The notes below the pieces were generated by a model that did not search any database, had not been told where the DNA came from, and saw only the letters and a program-made list of their open reading frames with translations. 52,308 nucleotides of DNA, taken from Octopus bimaculoides (Eukaryota). The position numbers were made by a program, and so were the translations under genes. The DNA lies in the NCBI RefSeq assembly GCF_001194135.2, contig NC_068984.1, positions 127,992,802-128,045,109 on the forward strand, in the 5' to 3' direction. This document shows positions 22,756 to 34,785 of this stretch, piece after piece (position 1 is the stretch's first letter; every line of letters starts with the position of its first letter).

Positions 22756-23952
22756 GTAAGCTTCGTGATAAAAAAATAAAAAATAAAAAACTTCAAAGAA
22801 AATACCGAGAACAGCACCTAAAATAAAGTTGTCTATGAGCAGATACTTCTAAACAGTCTAAATCTTCACCAATGACATATCTTTATTCTGATTGACCAAT
22901 TTATTTTTAGTTTGACTGGATTTTAATATGGGATTTGCCAATTCCTTTTATATCACAATTTGGCTGAACATCAAGACTGAAATTCTTGGCAAACCAGAAA
23001 TACAGCCCATGCAAGTTAAAAGAATTCTTTGATTATTCTTAAATAAATCCTCTAGATGCTATTTAAAACTTCATTACTGAAATGCATGTAGTATGTTCAT
23101 GGATAATTAAAACAAGATGAGAATTCTAATAGCATATACTGTGGGTGGAGATAGATTTAGGATCTGTCACACAGAAAAGTGTTCAATTTTTACTTTATTT
23201 CCAATGTTTAATTACTTTCCCAAGTGATATTTAACCACAGGTCAACCCTGCAGAAGCAGAACTATGAACAAAGTTATTCCCCTTGTAACTCTCCTTTCTT
23301 TCATTAAGTCAGTGTATTTGTGTGCCTGAAACAACATTATCCAATACATCCTTCCTCTTTTAAGACATGAAGATATGGTTTGAGGTAGATTTGGTTGTTA
23401 TTTATAACAGATCATGTTACCATGTTGTTAACAGTTTCTTTGGAAAAAGTTACATATACAGATAAAACTATATTCAGATCACAAACATGCTGGGAGTTTC
23501 AAATTATTTTCCTGTTTGGTACATGAGAGAAATTTTCACCGGGCACAACCTACGACCTTAGAAGTAAATTATCACTCCCACACAATATTGTACATGACAA
23601 GAGATAAGAATTTCTAAAATGGCCACTTAAATAAATTCATGCATGTATTTTTGTCATTTTAAAGATACTGTTTTATCACTCATAATTCTAGTGGAGATAT
23701 TCTGTAACCATTTGGTCAAACTCCAAGTAGTGATGTTACCAATTTTGGAGACAATATAAATCACATACAAACATACATATATATGCATATGTATGTACAC
23801 ACACATATGCATACACTTGCATGCATACATTTGTGTGTGCTTATGTTTATGTTCATATTTATGTATTTAATACAACAATACTGATTAAAAAATAGACAGT
23901 GGTAGGTTTCTTTTCCAAGCTTTTTATATATATTTTTTGGCTCATCTTGTAG

Positions 23953-23977
23953 GTGGAGTTTAGTAATTGCAAAGCAG
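23953..23977 (+). CDS. Candidate 25-nt exon (VEFSNCKA + 1 nt, or WSLVIAKQ)
   Basis: ttttttggctcatcttgTAG|G acceptor and CAG|GTGTGA donor. Confidence 0.3.
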
Positions 23978-24212
23978 GTGTGATTTAATTGTGTATTTTA
24001 GTGAGGGATAAAAGGTCTTTGGGTAAACAGAAACAAGGAGTTGAAAGGTGAAGAAAAGTAGAATAAAAAGAGGAGGAGGAGGAGGAGGAGGAGGGGGAGG
24101 GTTGAAGAGGAGAATAAGTAGAACATTGTTCTGGTTGAGTAAGTGTCATTAGTTAAGTAGGTAACATCAACTTAATATGGTAAAATTTAGAGTAAGAAAT
24201 TAAAAGCCGGCT

Positions 24213-24520
24213 TTGATGATGCATTCCGATATTCTAAATCCAGGTTTGTCCCTGCTAACAGGGGTGGCCAGATCTACCTCACTCTTACAGCAACCACTCT
24301 CACACCCTCTCACCATTTCACCTGGATTTGGGTGCCCTCCCTCCTCAAGCCAAACTTCTCAATCTCCTCCTCCACATTGTCTTTGGTCAACCTTGCTTTC
24401 ACGGTTCATTCACTTTAAACTCAAGCACTCAACACATGTCTTCAACACATGTCCATACCACCACACTCCATTTTGTCCTTACCAGCTGTTCCACCAATTC
24501 CTCTAACTCCAGCATCCCTT
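24213..24520 (-). pseudogene. 3' end of a second RTE-type LINE family
   Basis: Minus strand: LEELVEQLVRTKW...VLEFKVN...QG*PKTMW, resembling 'VEQL.RANGVRWYGHV...LEF.V.G.R.RGRPK.TW'. Followed by a short CATCATCA tail. Confidence 0.6.
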
Positions 24521-24714
24521 GTTAGAGATCCTTTAAGTATGTATGTAAATAAAGATGTGACAGGTTAGATTTATCAGCAAGCACAGATGAAACACAGCTC
24601 AGTTCCTGTGGTTTGTGCTTAAAACCAAAATATTGGAAGTTGAAGTTTATTGAACATTGATTTTCATACATTCAATTAAGGTTTCTATAATGAATATTGG
24701 AAATTATTTACATT

Positions 24715-24960
24715 TTTATATTTAATAATTATCTTTTATTTTTTATCTTTTACCTGTTTCAGTCATTGGACTGTGTCCATGCTGGGGCACCATCTTAAAG
24801 GGCTTATTCAAAGAAATCATCCCCCACCCATCCACCAGCATTTATTTTTAAGTCTGGTACTTATTCTATTGATCATTTTTGCTGAAACACTAAACTACAG
24901 GGACATAAACAAACCAACACCAGTGTTGTCAAGTGGTAGGGGTACACATAAGCACACGCA
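24715..24960 (-). mobile_element. SINE family A, 3' half
   Basis: TTTTACCTGTTTCAGTCATTGGACTGTGTCCATGCTGGGGCACC...; homologous to 41350-41560. Confidence 0.7.
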
Positions 24961-25019
24961 TGTATATCTATCAATCAACATACCCCCCCCCACACACACA
25001 CACACGCGCGCGCATGCAT

Positions 25020-25548
25020 ACAGGCTACTTCAATATGGGGTTTGAAGCACTGACATGCCTGTATCAGATGATCTTTATCAATTTTAGACATAGTCCTGAT
25101 TATGGCAGACTTGAGAGATTGTAGAGTGTTATGAAGGTATTGATTGACCTCTCTCTTCATAACACCCCATACGTAACAGTCCAGTGAATTGAGGTCTGGT
25201 GAATTAGGAGGTCATATGTCTAAGAAAACATGATCATAGAGATTAGCACACATCTATGCTTGGGTTGATCTTGCCTTGTGATCCATTGCAGAATCTTGTT
25301 GGAAGATGTATGGTCTTCCATTGTGTACTTTGTCTATCACCAACCTAACAACTTCCTCTAACACCTCTGTGTAGTCAGTTGCATTGACTCTTAGGCATTG
25401 TGTAAAAAATAAGGGAGCATGACATTTACCTCATTACTGACAACGCCCAGAACCATCACAGTTGCTGGGAACTTAGTATGCATGACTATTGAAATCTCAT
25501 ACAGGTCTCTGCATAACCATCTGTAATTTCTTCAGTTTATTTTTTGGA
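25020..25548 (-). pseudogene. DD37D (maT/mori-type) Tc1-mariner transposase catalytic-domain relic
   Basis: QKIN*RNYRWLCRD...MHTKFPATVMVLGVVSNE...GRPYIFQQDSAMDHKARSTQA*MCANLYDHVFLDI*PPNSPDLNSLDCYVWGV: exactly 37 residues between the QQD aspartate and the final D. Confidence 0.85.
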
Positions 25549-25554
25549 TCGTAG

Positions 25555-25885
25555 GGCAACATGCCCTGCTTGAGGAGACCTATTGAGTCAAGTACATCGA
25601 AATCAAATGGAAATTGTAGTTGTGATCCCCATGCCGGTGGCACGCACGTAAAAAGCACCAACCGATCGTGGTCATTGCCAGCCCCTCTGGGCCCTGTGCT
25701 GGTGGCATGTAAAAAGCACCCACTACACTCTCAGAGTGGTTGGCGTTAGGAAGGGCATCCAACTGTAGAAACACTGCCAGATCAGACTGGAGCCTGGGGC
25801 AGCCTCCTGGCTTCCCAGACCCCAGTCGAACTATCCAACCCATGCCAGCATGGAAAACAGACATTAAACGATGATGATGATGATC
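25555..25885 (+). mobile_element. 5'-truncated RTE LINE 3' end/UTR
   Basis: Ends GACATTAAACGATGATGATGATG; same UTR family as 8743-9190. Confidence 0.8.
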
Positions 25886-25992
25886 AAAAGGCAAGTTTTA
25901 TATCCAACAAAGCATCCACATTAAGTTCAATGTAACGATTGCCTTTCTGTATTAATACTGTTCCTATCACTAATAGTTATTTTTTTAATAAG

Positions 25993-26054
25993 CCTGCTGG
26001 CAATTTGTAACATCAGTCCCTGAAAATCCACCAGAATTCTATTTGCCATTGGCC
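25993..26054 (+). CDS. Candidate 62-nt exon (xCWQFVTSVPENPPEFYLPLA)
   Basis: ttttttaatAAG acceptor (weak) and GCC|GTAAGA donor; single open frame, phase 1 to 0. Confidence 0.2.
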
Positions 26055-26921
26055 GTAAGATTTGGCTGGTATGCTACTAGTGGACATTTGTCACTGAAGA
26101 GATAGATTACATTGAAATCACATGACTTAGCAGTTCCAACATCCATAGCAGGTGATTCTCATTTGCCAACAATATGAGTATATGTGCTTTTATGTACCAT
26201 GCAACCATATGAGAGGTTCTCTCAAGGTGAATATCGTAGTATTTGGTGCTCAAACAAAACATCTGCACTAAGTTGAATATAAAGACTGCCTTTTGGCATG
26301 AATACTGATTTTGTCACCAATACTTATATGTGTAATAATTATCGTGACACTCGCTACCTACCACTCTTAACCTGGCAGACCATCCCTGCTGCAGCCATGA
26401 AATATAATAGCTAACAAATAGATTATAAATTATTTCCAGCCAAACTAACATTGTTTCCATCAAATATTACAACAGATTTAATTAATTCAGTTTCTGCATT
26501 GGTAAATTCCTAATAAAAATATCAAATGACATAAAATATCAACTGTTACCAAACTGTAATTAATTTTATTAATTAAGTTTATTCATTACTTTCAAGTAAT
26601 TATTTGTATTTATGTTATCATTGAAATGAATGCAAGTTGTTTGATGATGTTATTGAGAGATGTTGAAACATGTGACCTTCAACATATTATGTTTATATAC
26701 CAAGTTAACTTAACTATCTATCTGTCTGACTATCTATTTGTTTATTGTTTATTTCTTAACCTATCTATGTATCTATCTATCCAGCTATACATATATTCAT
26801 CAATATCTCTTTCTCTTTCCTTTTATATATATAGATATACACACATGCACATATATATATATATGCACATATATATATATATACACATATATATATATGC
26901 ACATATAAATATATATATATA

Positions 26922-27650
26922 NNNNNNNNNNNNNNNNNNNNNNNNNNNNNNNNNNNNNNNNNNNNNNNNNNNNNNNNNNNNNNNNNNNNNNNNNNNNNNN
27001 NNNNNNNNNNNNNNNNNNNNNNNNNNNNNNNNNNNNNNNNNNNNNNNNNNNNNNNNNNNNNNNNNNNNNNNNNNNNNNNNNNNNNNNNNNNNNNNNNNNN
27101 NNNNNNNNNNNNNNNNNNNNNNNNNNNNNNNNNNNNNNNNNNNNNNNNNNNNNNNNNNNNNNNNNNNNNNNNNNNNNNNNNNNNNNNNNNNNNNNNNNNN
27201 NNNNNNNNNNNNNNNNNNNNNNNNNNNNNNNNNNNNNNNNNNNNNNNNNNNNNNNNNNNNNNNNNNNNNNNNNNNNNNNNNNNNNNNNNNNNNNNNNNNN
27301 NNNNNNNNNNNNNNNNNNNNNNNNNNNNNNNNNNNNNNNNNNNNNNNNNNNNNNNNNNNNNNNNNNNNNNNNNNNNNNNNNNNNNNNNNNNNNNNNNNNN
27401 NNNNNNNNNNNNNNNNNNNNNNNNNNNNNNNNNNNNNNNNNNNNNNNNNNNNNNNNNNNNNNNNNNNNNNNNNNNNNNNNNNNNNNNNNNNNNNNNNNNN
27501 NNNNNNNNNNNNNNNNNNNNNNNNNNNNNNNNNNNNNNNNNNNNNNNNNNNNNNNNNNNNNNNNNNNNNNNNNNNNNNNNNNNNNNNNNNNNNNNNNNNN
27601 NNNNNNNNNNNNNNNNNNNNNNNNNNNNNNNNNNNNNNNNNNNNNNNNNT
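26922..27650. other. Assembly gap, one of ten (others: 19572-19581, 19829-19838, 33594-33888, 35600-36019, 36620-37581, 38789-39001, 40594-41333, 43206-43945, 49586-49891)
   Basis: N runs; nearly all abut microsatellites on at least one side. Confidence 1.
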
Positions 27651-27857
27651 ACAGGTACAACAGAAACAGGAAGTAAGAGTGAGAGAAAGTTGTGGTGAAA
27701 GAATACAACAGGGTTCACCACCACCCCCTGCCAGAGCCTCGTGGAGCTTTAGGTGTTTTCGCCCAATAAACACTCACAACACCCGGTCTGGGAATCGAAA
27801 CCGCAATCCTACGACCGCGAGTCCGCTGCCCTAACTACTGGGCCATTGCGCCTCCAC
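27651..27857 (-). mobile_element. tRNA-derived SINE family D
   Basis: Reverse complement begins GTGGAGGCGCAATGGCCCAGTAGTTAGG (A-box) ... GGTTTCGATTCCC (B-box). The 3' part runs into a gap. Confidence 0.75.
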
Positions 27858-28416
27858 TTTTCCTACAGAGACGAACTTGTAAATGCTTAATTTGAACATC
27901 AGCCTAACAGTATCAAACAAACAAGGGAGTTTTACATGGTCAATAGGACAGCTAGAGCTAGCAGCTAAATCTCCCCTCAAATCCTATCATACTGTCTTAA
28001 ATAAGCAAAGGACACATTCAATTACACAGACCCACATCCTTCATATGAAATGGATCGGTGATGGCTGGGATGTCTTCAATTATAAAGGTGTGTTCAATCA
28101 AGATTGACTCAAGGCTAAATAACAACAAAAACAATCAAATCTACATAGAAAAGTCTTTGATATAAAGCCTAATGAGATGCTAACAATTTGTCTGTCTTCA
28201 TGTAATGGGATAAAGGATACGCTATTTCTCACTTCATGGTGTGGTGCAGCTCTTGGCATTTATCATGATTCTACTACTTTAATACTGTGAAATTCTATCC
28301 AACCCAACCTCGGTGTTTCAACATCTATACACAAGTTGTAACATTGTATTATTTCAATTATCTTAAGCAGCCAAGAAACTGATCTTTTAAAACACTTTCA
28401 GAAAGATGATGACAAG

Positions 28417-28440
28417 AACAACAACAACAACAACAACAAC

Positions 28441-28532
<92 letters not shown>

Positions 28533-28667
28533 GGCATTTTTTTTTCTTACCCATACATCCGGATATTTTACTGATAAATCAATAATGGCAAATATTGTTT
28601 ATCGAATGACAATACCCAATATTAATTACTTAAGGGATAGAAGGTATGAACGGTGATGATGATGACA

Positions 28668-28699
<32 letters not shown>

Positions 28700-28700
28700 A

Positions 28701-28736
<36 letters not shown>

Positions 28737-28860
28737 GTGATGATGATGATGATGATGATGATTGTGATGCCGATGATGATAATGATGACGGTGACGACGA
28801 CCACAGCATCTACAAAGACGACAATGATTGATGATAAGATGATGATGACAACAACAACGA
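28417..28860. repeat. (CAA)n(TAA)n at 28417-28530 and (GAT)n at 28650-28860
   Basis: Seen directly in sequence. Confidence 0.95.
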
Positions 28861-28997
28861 TGAGAAGTGGGAGGACAATTAAGATGGTGGAATGGCAAAT
28901 GGCATTGCTACCCTGCATTTAAACTGATCACTGCACAAGCACTCTATTAACCTGTTAGAAATAACAGCTAAATGTCCTTCAGATCAAATCCTACTAT

Positions 28998-29345
28998 CAT
29001 CATCATCATCATCATCGTTTAACGTCCGCTTTCCATGCTAGCATGGGTTAGACGATTTGACTGAGGACTGGTGAACCAGATGGCTGCACCAGACTCCAAT
29101 CTGATTTGGCAGAGTTTCTACAGCTGGATGCCCTTCCTAACGCCAACCACTCTGAGAGTGTAGTGGGTGCTTTTACATGCCACCAGCACGAAGGCCAGTC
29201 AGGCAACGCTCAAAATGGTGTATTTTACATGCCACCTGCACAGGAGCCAGTCCAGCAGCACTGGCAACGAACTCGCTTGAATGTCTTTTCATGTGCCACT
29301 GGCACTTGTGCCAGGAAGGCGACGTTGGTAACGATCATGCTCATC
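28998..29345 (-). mobile_element. RTE LINE 3' UTR copy
   Basis: CATCATCATCGTTTAACGTCCGCTTTCCATGCTAGCATGGG...; CpGs well preserved. Confidence 0.85.
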
Positions 29346-29609
29346 TCTTAAATATAAAAAAAAAAGAACAGATTGGATAATGTAACCATAGACACACTCC
29401 AAAAAAACATGGTGGTCACAACTGAAAAAACATTGATTGTAGTTTCTTGGTTTAGGATTGACCTGGGGTTAAACAACAACAACAACAACAATAGCAACAA
29501 TATTATGGTCGGATTTTTCAACCAAAGTAGAGTTTTTAGCTGGTATCATCATCTTACAATCTTGTTCATTAGTCAGAACACCACTCTTCTACATCTAAAT
29601 GGATAAGTG

Positions 29610-30330
29610 TACCTACAGATGTATTAAGAAACCCTAGGTATACCATATTTCCATCAGATGATGAACTAATGTCCAGATGAGTTGTGGACATAACATACAT
29701 ACACCAGCTGATGAAGTGCTGTCCAGATGGTCACAGCAGATGTCCAAATGAACTATGGATACACACAGCTTAGCTATGACATATGAGGAAATAGTGTACA
29801 GAAAAATCAGAGTAAATGTCAAGAACTATGGACATGCTATACCCACAACCTATGATAGAGTGATGTCCAGATGGTCACAGATGTCCAGATGAACAATGAA
29901 CACAACGTAGCTTAGCTATTCTAGATGATGAACTCGTGTCCAAATAATTAGAGTAGATGTCCAGATGAACTGTGGACATACCATACCAACTCTAGATGAT
30001 GAAGTGCTGTCCAGATGGTCACAGCAGATGTCCAAATAAAGTATGGATGCAACATAGCTTAGCTTTGACAGATGAGAAATTAGTGGCCAAATAATCAGAG
30101 TAGATGTCCAGATGAACTATGGACATGTCTTACCTACTTCAGATGGTAGACTGATGTCTACATCCAGATGAGTCACAGGCATACATACCTGCACCAGATA
30201 ATGAATAAATGTGTCCCTACTTCATCTGGACGCTTAGTGTCCAGATGAATAAGGGACACACCTGTTCTGAGTCCAACCTGATACGATGGACAGGTGTCAA
30301 GATGGACTTAGCAGATGCCCAGATGACCCA
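29610..30330. repeat. 144-bp tandem repeat with 288-bp higher-order structure
   Basis: The anchor GTG(C/A)TGTCCAGATGGTCACAG occurs at 29716, 29860 and 30004, with a decayed fourth near 30150. Alternate units are more alike than neighbours. Confidence 0.85.
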
Positions 30331-31205
30331 TGCAGACAGATTTTCAGAGATATTGACATTTTAAAACAGAGGCAGTGACATATGTCCGGTGAATATTGGC
30401 ATCATCAGCTGGTGTGGGGTTTAAAAATAAATGAGGTAGGGTTTCCAGAATGGGTTAGGGATAGAGAAGAAAATGATGTTGATGCTGCTGATGATGATGA
30501 TGCATCAACGGCAGCATTAGCGACGGTGTCAGTGGTGGCATCAGCATTGGTGTCAGCAGTGGTGTCGGTGGCGTTGGCGGTGGCGTCGGCGGTGGCGTCA
30601 GCGGTGTTCATTAGCATTGGCATCAGCAGCATCAAGGGGTAAGGAGGTGGTTAATGACGATGATTGCTATGATGGCAATTATAATGATGATGATGATGAT
30701 GATAGTGATAATTATTATGTTGATAATGATGGAGATGATGACAGTGATGACAACAAAATTATATATTTTAAATCAATTACACCCCACTCCCCCTCTTCCT
30801 GAACATCATCATATTTTACAATATTTCTATAATTTTAGTTTCAAAGAGATGTTATAGATAGGTGTTGTATGAGGTGAAAGACAGAGGACAAGAGAACAAG
30901 TGTAGTGTGGCTGCTTTTAGAGTGGTAGATAGAGGAGAGGGGGAAAAACTAAGAGAGAGGAAGAGACTGAGAGAGAGAGGGAGAGAGTAGTAAGGCTGTT
31001 ATTAAAGTAGGGGCAAAGGAAAAACAGAGGGCGTTAACAGTAAAGGTGTTATCAAAGGCAGCAGTAAGAGAAAATGAGAGAGTGATACAAAGAGAGAGGA
31101 AGCTGGAAATTGTTTGTAGAATGAGAGGTAGAAAAGGAAGAGAGAGAGAAAGAGAGAGAGAAAGAGACATTAAACAGATGCCATGGTAAATCCAGATTCA
31201 CGAAT

Positions 31206-31482
31206 ATTGGTTTCAAATTTTAGCACAAAGCCAGCAATTTTTTAGTGGGGAGGAATGTCAAGTGTTCAACTGGTACTTTTTTAATCGACCCTGAGAAGAT
31301 AAAAGATAAAGTCAACTTTAGCAGAAGTGGCTGTGTGGTAAGTAGCTTGCTTACCAATCACATGGTTCTGGGTTCAGTCCCACTGCATGGCACCTTGGGC
31401 AAGTGCTTTCTACTATAGCCTCGGGCTGACCAAATCCTTGTGAGTGGATTTGGTAGACGGAAACTGAAAGAAGCCCGTCGTA

Positions 31483-31541
<59 letters not shown>

Positions 31542-32039
31542 TATATATATATATATGTATGTGTGTTTGTGTGTCTGTGTTTATCCCCCCACCATCGCTT
31601 GACAACCGATGCTGGTGTATTTACGTCCCCGTAACTTAGCGGTTCGGCAAAAGAAACCGTTAGAATAAGTACTAGGCTTACAAAGACTAAGTCCTGGGGT
31701 CGATTTGTTTGACTAAAGGCGGTGCTCCAGCATGGCCGCAGTCAAAGGACTGAAACAAGTAAGGAGAGTAAGCATTTCCTCCCTGTGCTAAAACTTCTGC
31801 TAGTTCACTGCCTCCAGATTCACAAATATTGATTTTAAATTTTAGCAAAAGGCCAACAGTCTCAGCGGAGGGGGTTAAGTTAATTACATCAACCCCAGTG
31901 TTCAACCAGTGCTTATTATATTGACCCCCAAAAAGGATAAAAGGCAAGGTCGACTTCAGCGTAATTTGAACCCAGAATTTAAAGACAAACGAAATGCCGC
32001 AAAGCATTTTGCCTGATGTGCTAACAATTCAGCCAGCTT
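31206..32039 (-). mobile_element. Two tandem SINE B copies (31206-31814, 31828-32039); the first is split by a SINE A insertion
   Basis: SINE B blocks are present, and the flank CAGATTCAC(A/G)AAT recurs at 31193, 31815 and 32040. Confidence 0.7.
31324..31770 (+). mobile_element. SINE family A, near full length
   Basis: GTGGCTGTGTGGTAAGTAGCTTGC head, B-box GGTTCAGTCCC, internal (TA)n/(TG)n linker, and 3' ...GGACTGAAACAAGTAA. Confidence 0.9.
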
Positions 32040-32479
32040 CAGATTCACAAATGTTAAGGGGCAAGATAACATTCTGTACATCTGATTAAACATGAAGTTA
32101 CATAATAAAACCAGCCCCAGTATATGCTGTTACAAGTAAATGTATGATCGATATCAATGTGACCTCAGATGAAAATAAATACAACTTTGACTATTCTATT
32201 ATAACCACATTAATCAGAAAATATATTTCATTAACCAGTTGGTTCCTTTGACAACTGATATTACATATCCATAGCAACCATTGGAAACACATCATATACC
32301 AGCATAAATTTTTACGGGGGTGGGAAAGGGTTAATAAAGAACCAATGTTTTATTATGCAAAATAACCAAAAATGAACTATATATATATATATATATAACA
32401 TGTTTTATTTGCTGTCTTGATCAAATTACATCTAGCATATAATGATCTGTTTACACCTAAACATTAACAAACTAGATTA

Positions 32480-33017
32480 TTAAACATCATCATCACCACC
32501 ACCATCATCATCATTATTATTATCATCATTATCATCATCATCCTTGTAATATTCCCTGATCTGTTGCTCTTGTGGAAACATAAAGAATTATCATTATTGC
32601 TGTTGTTTTTATTATTGTTGTTCATAATATTGTTGTTTGTTTTTTGTTGATACTGTTGTTTTTGCTGCTGCTGTTATCATCATCATCATCATCATCATCA
32701 CCATCATCATCACCACCACCATCATCATCATCATCATCATCATCACCACCATCATCATCATCATCATCATCATCATTATTATTATTATTAGAGCAGTATC
32801 CTGACAGAATTGTTAGCTCATTAGAGAAAACGGTTAGTGGTATTTTGTCATTACGTCCTGAGTTCAAATGCCATCGAGGTGGACTTTGCCTTTCTTCCTT
32901 CTGGGGTCAATGAAATAAGTACCAGTTGAGCACTGGGGTCAATTTAATTGACTGGACTCCCCTCTCCCCCGAAATTGCTAGCCTTGTGCCAAAATTTGAG
33001 GCCATAATTATTATTGC

Positions 33018-33057
<40 letters not shown>

Positions 33058-33069
33058 GGTGGTGGTGGT

Positions 33070-33137
<68 letters not shown>

Positions 33138-33170
33138 CAGCACTACTACTACCACTACTACTACTACTAC
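32480..33170. repeat. Trinucleotide arrays (CAT, CAC, TAG, TGG, CAG) flanking a SINE B copy
   Basis: Seen directly in sequence. Confidence 0.9.
32805..33003 (+). mobile_element. SINE family B (older subtype)
   Basis: CTGAGTTCAAATGCCATCGAGGTGGACTTTGCCTTTC...AAGTACCAGTTGAGCACTGGGGTC. Confidence 0.75.
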
Positions 33171-33969
33171 ATCTCCCCACTTCCAAACATTCACAGAATA
33201 CCATTACAAGTTCCAGAAATAAAAACAAATGGAATAACCACAATCCTGTTTGCTGTCTTTTGCCATTTCTCTCCCCATAAATTCTTCTGTTGACTTTCTT
33301 CCTCTCTTACAATCTACGCCACTTTTATTTCTTTTTTTTTTGTTTTTGCCAAAGCTCCAGCTTGAAACATAACGCATTTCATTAATAAATAGCACCGAAT
33401 ATATAGTAAATAAATGTTAAGACCTTTTCAAAATATTTCTAATTTAATTTCTTTGGTATTGAATTTTTAATATTTAATATTTCAAGTAAGATATTTGATC
33501 TGTGTAAAATTTGCTTTTATAAACTAAACAAAAGCTTGCATACATATGTGTGTCTGTGTGTAAATACACACGCACACGCACACACACACACACNNNNNNN
33601 NNNNNNNNNNNNNNNNNNNNNNNNNNNNNNNNNNNNNNNNNNNNNNNNNNNNNNNNNNNNNNNNNNNNNNNNNNNNNNNNNNNNNNNNNNNNNNNNNNNN
33701 NNNNNNNNNNNNNNNNNNNNNNNNNNNNNNNNNNNNNNNNNNNNNNNNNNNNNNNNNNNNNNNNNNNNNNNNNNNNNNNNNNNNNNNNNNNNNNNNNNNN
33801 NNNNNNNNNNNNNNNNNNNNNNNNNNNNNNNNNNNNNNNNNNNNNNNNNNNNNNNNNNNNNNNNNNNNNNNNNNNNNNNNNNNNNNNNATATATATATAT
33901 ATATATATATATACCTATATACATATATGTGTATACATATATATGTATGTACATGTATAAATATAAACT

Positions 33970-34005
<36 letters not shown>

Positions 34006-34559
34006 ACCATATTTAGAAAGCAAGATTATATGAGAATGAATATTTATATTATATATAAAAATATTTGTAATGACATCATGAATATTGTCGTCATCATCAT
34101 TGTCATCATCAGGAACAGCAGCAGCAGTAGCAGCGTTTTAACATCCACCTTTCCATCCATGCAGGAGCCAGACGGAATTCACTGAGGCAGATTTTCAATG
34201 GCTGGATGCCCTTCCTATCACCAACCCTTACCTGTTTGCAAGCAAGGTAATAACTTACCATGGCTGGACATGTTTTTAACTGAAGCCAGGAAATGATGGA
34301 CACTGTTTTGTACAACAGAAATACTTGTTTATATGTATTGCATGGTGTCAAGACAAAGAGACAAAACACAGACATACATGCACAGACACACAAACGTAAG
34401 CATTATGCAATATCTCCCTGTTATCGCATCAACGTGACTATCAACCTACACTCTTGGTATTTGCAGAGACTGAAGTTTCCATTTGTCAAACTTATGGTGC
34501 AGTTGTTAAACAACTTATCCACAAGGGATGTTCTTATCTATACATTCGTGTATATGCGT

Positions 34560-34785
34560 ATGTGTACACAAACACAAACAGGTGCACACTCACACACACA
34601 CGCACACACACACACACACACACAACAGGTTTCTTTATGTTTCCATCAACCAAATCCATTCACATGACTTTGGGTTGCTTGAGGTTATGGTGGAAGACCT
34701 TTTCCCAAGGTTCCACACTGTGGGATTGAACCCAAGACAACATGTTTGTGAAGCAAACTTCTCAACCACACAGCCACACCTACGC
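34560..34785 (-). mobile_element. SINE family A, 5' half
   Basis: TTTCCATCAACCAAATCCATTCAC...GGGATTGAACCC...ACCACACAGCCAC. Confidence 0.7.

Noticed and set aside
26010-26040. Cadherin-like words (FVTSVPENPPEF)
   Set aside because: No other cadherin motifs (DxD, LDRE, DxNDN) nearby; protocadherin repeats are encoded in long exons.
28551-28570. Minus-strand 20-nt microexon-like site (CAG|TAAAATATCCGGATGTATGG|GTAAGA)
   Set aside because: Not a multiple of 3, weak pyrimidine tract and isolated. It also shows that such patterns arise by chance, which tempers the + strand calls.
11905-30330. Regularly spaced direct repeats resembling CRISPR arrays (11905-12560, 29610-30330)
   Set aside because: Spacers are microsatellite or mutually homologous, the context is eukaryotic, and there are no cas genes.
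30382-30642. Ala/Thr/Asp-rich ORFs on both strands
   Set aside because: GC-rich degenerate trinucleotide repeat next to (GAT)n arrays; no splice sites or domain.
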